Of a DNA stretch of 64,000 nt, positions 57,600 to 64,000 are shown one piece after another; position 1 is the first letter of the stretch, and each line of letters opens with the position of its first letter. Under the pieces are notes generated by a model that did not search any database, was not told the origin of the DNA, and saw nothing but the letters and a program-made list of their open reading frames with translations. Position numbers and translations under genes: made by a program. Source of the DNA: Octopus vulgaris (Eukaryota); the NCBI GenBank assembly GCA_951406725.2, contig OX597827.1, forward strand, positions 72,974,001 to 73,038,000. Reading direction: 5' to 3'.

Positions 57600-57960
57600 G
57601 TTCTCTCCATGACAAGAAGCAAATAAGGCCGCAACACGATCTCTCCAACCAAGTTTTCTGCCACTGTTCTGGTCTCCTTTCAGCTTTCCCACCCTCCTCC
57701 TCATCTTCTTTCCTTGTCAATAGTCCTTCGCCATGTGGTTTTAGGGCGCCCTGCTGCTCATTTCTCCTCAAGCTTTCACTTTCGTACCACCTTACATTTG
57801 CTTTCTCGATCTTGTCTGAGGACGTGTCCGATCCAGTTCCTAGGCCTGCATCTTATTTCGTCACTGATCTTATTGACTCCCGTTGTCGTCTCATTTGTAT
57901 GATTTCGGACTCTTTGTAGATTACTTGATATTAAGATATAGCGAACAAAAAAAGAACAGA
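57600..57960 (-). mobile_element. RTE-type LINE 3' fragment
   Basis: ISDEIRCRPRNWIGHVLRQ and GRPKTTWRRTIDKE. Confidence 0.75.
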
Positions 57961-58272
57961 ATAATAGAGATTGCATCCCTATAATTCGTTATTCTTCATT
58001 TTGACATCAGACAAGGTTAAAAAATTTTAAAACCCTCTATAGGGTTTTAAAACATGATAATTTGTTATTAATTATGGCATTTGTAGCCCCCTCCCCACTA
58101 TTTTAATCGTCGCCTTTCCTCGTTTCTTCTCTTATTCCATTTTTAGTTCGTTATGCTGTGTGGACTGTGCCTGATGACTGCCCAAATGTCAGACGTATTA
58201 TAAAACGCTGCCTGGCATGTATTTTGCACATGAAACTAATAGTAGCACATAAAAAATTGTGTTTATTAAATT

Positions 58273-58345
<73 letters not shown>

Positions 58346-58619
58346 GACATATAAATGGCTGGGTTCCAACCCGAACCGAAGTAAAGAAGTCCACCAGTCA
58401 CACTTCTAGATCCAAGATCATTGCCCCTAGATCGTGGATAAATTCCTGGCCGATGTCTGCGATTACGTTGTCAACATGTTCCTCTTCTTACGTCACATTA
58501 GTATATGTCACTGTGCCTGGTGGTTTTCCACAAGACTGATTTGGATGCCTCCAGTTTAAGGTGGCGCACAAAATGTCATGGCCTTGTGCTTATAGTAGAA
58601 ATAATAATTATTATTATTA

Positions 58620-59830
58620 AGGCGGCGAGCTGGCAGAATCCTTAGCGCGCTGGACAAAATGCTTTGCGGTATTTCGCTCGTTTTTACGTTCTGAGTTCAA
58701 ATTCCGCTGAGAGTGACTTTGCTTTCCTTTGTTTCACGGTCGATAAATTAAATACCTATTTCTTTACTACCCACAAGGGGCCAAACACAGAGGGGACAAA
58801 CAAGGACAGACACACGGATTAAGTCGATTATATCGACCCCAGTGCGTAACTGGTACTTATTTAATCGACCCCGAAAGGATGAAAGGCAAAGTCGACCTCG
58901 GCGGAATTTGAACTCAGAACGTAAGGGCAGACGAAATACCTATTTCTTTACTACCCACAAGGGGCTAAACACAGAGGGGACAAACAAGGACAGACACACG
59001 GATTAAGTCGATTATATCGACCCCAGTGCATATCTGGTACTTATTTAATCGACCCCGAAAGGATGAAAGGCAAAGTCGACCTCGGCTGAACTTGAACTCA
59101 GAACGTAAAGACAGACGAAATACCGTTCAGCATTTCACCCGGCGCGTTAACGTTTCTGCCTGCTTGCCACCTTATTAAATACCATTAAATAAATTAAATA
59201 CCAGTTGAGTACTGGGGTCGATGTAACCGACTAGTCCTCTCTCCACAAAATTCAAGGCCTTGTGCCTATAGTAGAAAGGATTATTATTATTACTAAGGCG
59301 GCAAGCGGCAGAATCGTTAGCACGCCGGACGAAATGCTTAGCGGTATTTCACCCGTCGCTATGTTCTGAGTTCAAATACCGCGAGGGCGAGTTTGCCTTT
59401 CATCCTTTCGAGGTCGATAAATGAAGTACCAGTGAAACGCTAGGGTCGATGTAACCGAATTATCCCCTGCCCGAAATTCCAGGCCTTGTGTCTTTAGTAT
59501 GAAGGATTATTATCATTATTATTAAGGCCGCGAACAGGCAGAATTGTTAACACACCGGACAAAATGTATGGCGGCATTTCGTTCGTCTTTTCGTTCGGAG
59601 TTCAAATTTCATCGAGGTATAAGTACCGGTTGAACACTAGGGTCGAGGTAATGGATTTATCTCCTACCCGAAATTGCAGGCCTTGTACCAACATTTGAAA
59701 ACATTATAATTACTTCCACCGAGGTCGACTTTGCCGTTCATCTTTCGGGAGCGATGAAATAAGTACCAGTTTAGTACTGGGGTCGATGTACTCGACTATG
59801 CCTCTCCCCGAAATTTCTGGCCTTCTGACT
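58620..59830. mobile_element. SINE family B cluster: + strand copies with a nested minus-strand dimer (58756-59170)
   Basis: Repeated head/B box/core; the + copy at 58620 is split and resumes at ~59190. Confidence 0.8.
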
Positions 59831-59935
59831 ATAGTAGATTATTTTTATAATGCTCCTCCCCACAAATGCCCCTATAATCGATTAATTTTATTATGCCCTT
59901 CCCCCAAAATTTCAGGTCTTGTGGCTATAGTAAAT

Positions 59936-60290
59936 TATTACTTCCGCCTTAGTGAAGGAAGAGGTATTGTTTTCAGTCATGTTTGTTTGTTTCTCCGGGG
60001 ACAAGATATCACAAGAACTGCTTGATGAATACGGATTAAACTTTCAGGGATGTTTGGCACGAACTGACTAGATTTTGGGATCGATCCAGTACCGGATAAG
60101 GATTCTGGATTATTTTTCCTTATTTATTATTTAATTTTTTAGAGTGGTCGGTTTTCATTATTAGTATTCTCGTTTGTGAGAGCAGTCGAGTTTATTTCAT
60201 ATATCCTCATTTAAAAAAAATCATCTCCGCTAATCGTTGAGAGGACATTGGTGTTGCTTTGGCAGAGGTTTGCGCTCTCTGAAATGCTCT
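59936..60290 (+). mobile_element. Helentron-associated non-autonomous element (HINE/DINE-like)
   Basis: 5' TACTTCCGCCTT/AAGGAAGAGGTA inverted pair, (TTTG)n, 3' GGCAGAGGT sub-terminal repeat plus short hairpin before a T run. Confidence 0.65.
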
Positions 60291-61084
60291 TTTTTAAATA
60301 TTAATATCATATATTATACATGCATACATGCAATCACATACACACATGCACATCAAATTCCGCGGTTAACTGTTCAATGGATCAAGGTAATGCCACATGG
60401 TAAGTAAAAAAGGGTAAAGACCCCCTTCACTCATGGATGATCATGACATTGCACCTAGAAAGTTCCCTTCCGAGGTAGGCGTCCGAACAAGGTTGTTTAT
60501 GGAAGACCAACAGTTGCCCATGCATACCAGCCTCCAGGGCGATACAGCTTGGCATCAGTGATGACGCAATTTATTTCTACAGCTGAGTGAACTGGAGCAA
60601 CATGAAATAAAGTGTCTTGCTTAAGAACACATCACACAACCCGGTCTGGGTATCGAACTCACTACTTGATGATTGTGAGTCCGACACTCTAACCACAGAG
60701 CAATGCACCTTCACAGAGCCATGCGCCACTTAGAAAGTAACAAAATATAAATACTGAGTGGGAACATGTGGGACGGTGAGTCCAACAAAAAGCGTTTTGT
60801 TTCGTTCGAGAATCCGCTGGACGAAAAAAACCCTACAAAAAACAAACAAACAAAGCATTGTTTTAATAAAACACAAATTTCCAGTTTTATATCCCTTAAT
60901 TTTCCTTTATTCCTATTTAGTATCAAAATAGATATAACCCCATCTCAGCCACAGCACTGCTTCTGTAAGTTCTCCTTATAAGGTCTTCTATCCAACGTAT
61001 AAAGAAAGAAATCCATTATATTCTGATGAACTGACACAGACTGTATTCATTCAGTCATAATGATGTAAATGTTATTGATCAAGG

Positions 61085-61123
<39 letters not shown>

Positions 61124-61855
61124 CGGCGGTGGTGATGGTGTTCGTGTTGTTACTGCTGCTACTGCTGCTGTTGTTATTGTTGTTTATAGAGACAATTACC
61201 TCTTCTCTTTCTCTCACCATTCTCTCTCTCTCTCTCTCTCATTATCTCCGACTTCGTTATTGACCTAACTTTATCGACTATTACGTCTTATTTTTGAGTT
61301 GTTCCTCAGCTTTACTGGACGTGTTTTCATTCTTACTCTCTTTCCTCTCACCATAACCTGAAGCCTCCTTTCCCATTATCGGCCCCTCCCCCCCTCATCT
61401 CCATTTCACTTGTAGTCATTCTCCTTTCGTCACTTTATCAATACCAGTTATCTTTAACCGTACCAAGGAACGACGAGGTTCTTGTTTTTAAAAATATTTT
61501 TGCACGAAACGAATGTGCAACGACAGGATGACGACAGGATGGAACGCTTAGTGTGGGAGATACGATAAATATTATTGAGAAGGTGGCGGGGTGGGACGGA
61601 AGGGACATGCCCATGACCCAGAGTGATGCGAACGAGGTGATTAATGATCAGTTTGACCGTTAGTAGATTGACACCTGCAGGAAATGAGAAAGTCTCAACG
61701 AAGTCACTTCACTTGCAAGGAATAGCAGCCAGATGTCACTCAAATCATACCATCCTTTTTATTCTTTTATTGGCTTCAGTCGTTTGACTGCGGCTATGCT
61801 GGAGCACGGCCAACTCAAATAAAGTAAAATGTATCTGTCTATGTGGTCCCTATTA

Positions 61856-61889
<34 letters not shown>

Positions 61890-61923
61890 CATACATACAT
61901 ACATACATACATACATACATACA

Positions 61924-61957
<34 letters not shown>

Positions 61958-62734
61958 CATACATACACACATACATACATACATACATACATACTTACAT
62001 ACATACATACACACACACACATACATACATGCACACGTACATACATACACACGTACATACATACATACATACATACATACATACATACATACACACGTAC
62101 ATACATACATACATACATACATACATACATACATACATACACACACACATACATACACACATACATACATACATGTATACACACATACATACACACGTAC
62201 ATACATACACACGTACATACATACATACATGCATATATACATACACACACACACTCACACACACACATATGTATACTTCTGATATAGAATAAAGTTTTTT
62301 GAAAAAAATTTATCCTACATCAGAAGTGAATTTATTACCATTCGCTTCGGGACTGGTGCCCACTCTACGTGAGTTTCCTGACCGATTACACGTGTGTTCA
62401 GGCTTACTACAGAATTTCTGTTTGGATATATTTGGGGTACTTAAATGTACACATGACTTTGCATCTGCTTTTTCCATGGGTATATGTAAGTATCCCATTT
62501 ATTTCTTATCGCGTTCTTCGCTGATAAAGGAAAAATCCTTTATGTATTAATCCCAAAATCGACCCGTTTCGGTGATATTGACATTCTAGAAAAAATTCTG
62601 TTAGCTTGCTTTCCTCGTTTTCAACACGCTGTGTATTTATAGCAAAAAATATTGTATATGGTGATTGACAATATAAAGTATATTATTTCTCAGCATATTG
62701 GCATAGAATTCGTTTTCTTTTGCCCCTATTTATA

Positions 62735-62839
<105 letters not shown>

Positions 62840-62918
62840 CACACACACATATATATATATCCATGTATATATGTATGGATATATATATATGCTATATATA
62901 TATATATGTATATATATT

Positions 62919-63028
<110 letters not shown>

Positions 63029-63240
63029 TATATATGTATATATAAGTAGTTGAATGAATTATCTTAGTATGGATAATTCGGTTAACCGATACCTGGCTAG
63101 CAAATTCACGTCAGAAAAACACGGTTGAAGCTACATGCCAAGGGCAGAGATCACGTGCTTTCGTGTGGAAATTTGTATGTTTTTTTAATACAAATAAATG
63201 AAAGAATGGAGTTGAACGACGATTTAACAAAATTCCTTAA

Positions 63241-63323
63241 TTCTCGACACATGTTTCGAAGGCTGCATATTCCTAATTTCGAAGGAATAAGGGGTGCATT
63301 ATGCTGCCTTCTCATCAGGAAAA
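63241..63323 (-). ncRNA. Type-I hammerhead, canonical core, long branched stem II
   Basis: UUUUC-CUGAUGA-GAAGGC-AGCAUA..UAUGCA-GCCUUC-GAAA-CAUGUG-UC-GAGAA; GUC site. Confidence 0.88.
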
Positions 63324-63397
63324 ACAAGGAACTTATGTCAGCATCAAGATGAACAAAAACTTTTAGATGACTGCCCACACAGAGCCCATAGCGATAA

Positions 63398-63476
63398 TCC
63401 TGATGAGAAGGCGGCATAATGCACCCCTTATTCCTTCGAATTAGGAATATGCAGCCTTCGAAACATGTGTCGAGAA
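63398..63476 (+). ncRNA. Inverted second copy of the same hammerhead, stem I 5' strand truncated
   Basis: UC-CUGAUGA-GAAGGC...GCCUUC-GAAA-CAUGUG-UC-GAGAA. Confidence 0.75.
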
Positions 63477-63526
63477 TAAAGGCATTTTGTTAAATCGTCG
63501 TTCAACTCCATTCTTTCATTTATTTG

Positions 63527-63614
<88 letters not shown>

Positions 63615-63618
63615 TATA

Positions 63619-64000
63619 CAGCGGAGCCCCGCAGAGTACTGTGCTGGATCCACTTCTTTTTATAGTCTATATAAATGACATTGCAGATGACTCTAAGCTC
63701 CAGTCATTAAGGGAGCATATGATCGAACAATGCTTCAATCGGACCAATGCGCAGTAACCCAGCGGGCACAAAAAACAATATGCATTTGAACGAAGAAAAA
63801 AAATTGATCTCATTCATTTTGGAAGAGAGAGTACACTCAAACAACCGTATACACTACGGTCGGGAGACCTACTTGAACCATCAGATAATATTAAAGACTT
63901 AGAAGTTACTGTCGACAGCAACTTTGGAGTGTGCACATCAACAAAAAAGTCGATATTGTCTGTAGAATGTGCTCATGGATCCTCAGAACTTTCCAATCTA
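63619..64000 (+). mobile_element. Degenerate CR1-type LINE RT fragment
   Basis: [27 protein letters not shown]; later KDL..V and SWILRTFQS. Confidence 0.75.

Overview
AT-rich, microsatellite-saturated animal DNA. The SINE repertoire suggests an octopod cephalopod (inference). No host protein-coding gene could be established; most ORFs in the track are translated microsatellites. Main content: (1) a young, near-complete Penelope-like retroelement (PLE; RT + GIY-YIG) at 1-6582 with an inverted 5' segment, a ~1.47 kb terminal direct repeat and a hammerhead-like motif in each repeat; (2) fragments of CR1-, Tx1/L1- and RTE-type LINEs, Tc1/mariner and hAT relics, a Helentron-type HINE and many tRNA-derived SINEs; (3) the most interesting signal: about 16 type-I hammerhead ribozyme (HHR) motifs, found by eye on both strands. 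They belong to at least 8 mutually unalignable short non-coding elements, mostly embedded in (TA)n and often arranged as fold-backs or partial tandems that reproduce the PLE architecture in miniature. They look like a diverse PLE-dependent, HHR-carrying (retrozyme-like) population, or heavily 5'-truncated ends of many PLE families. All folds are manual and untested.
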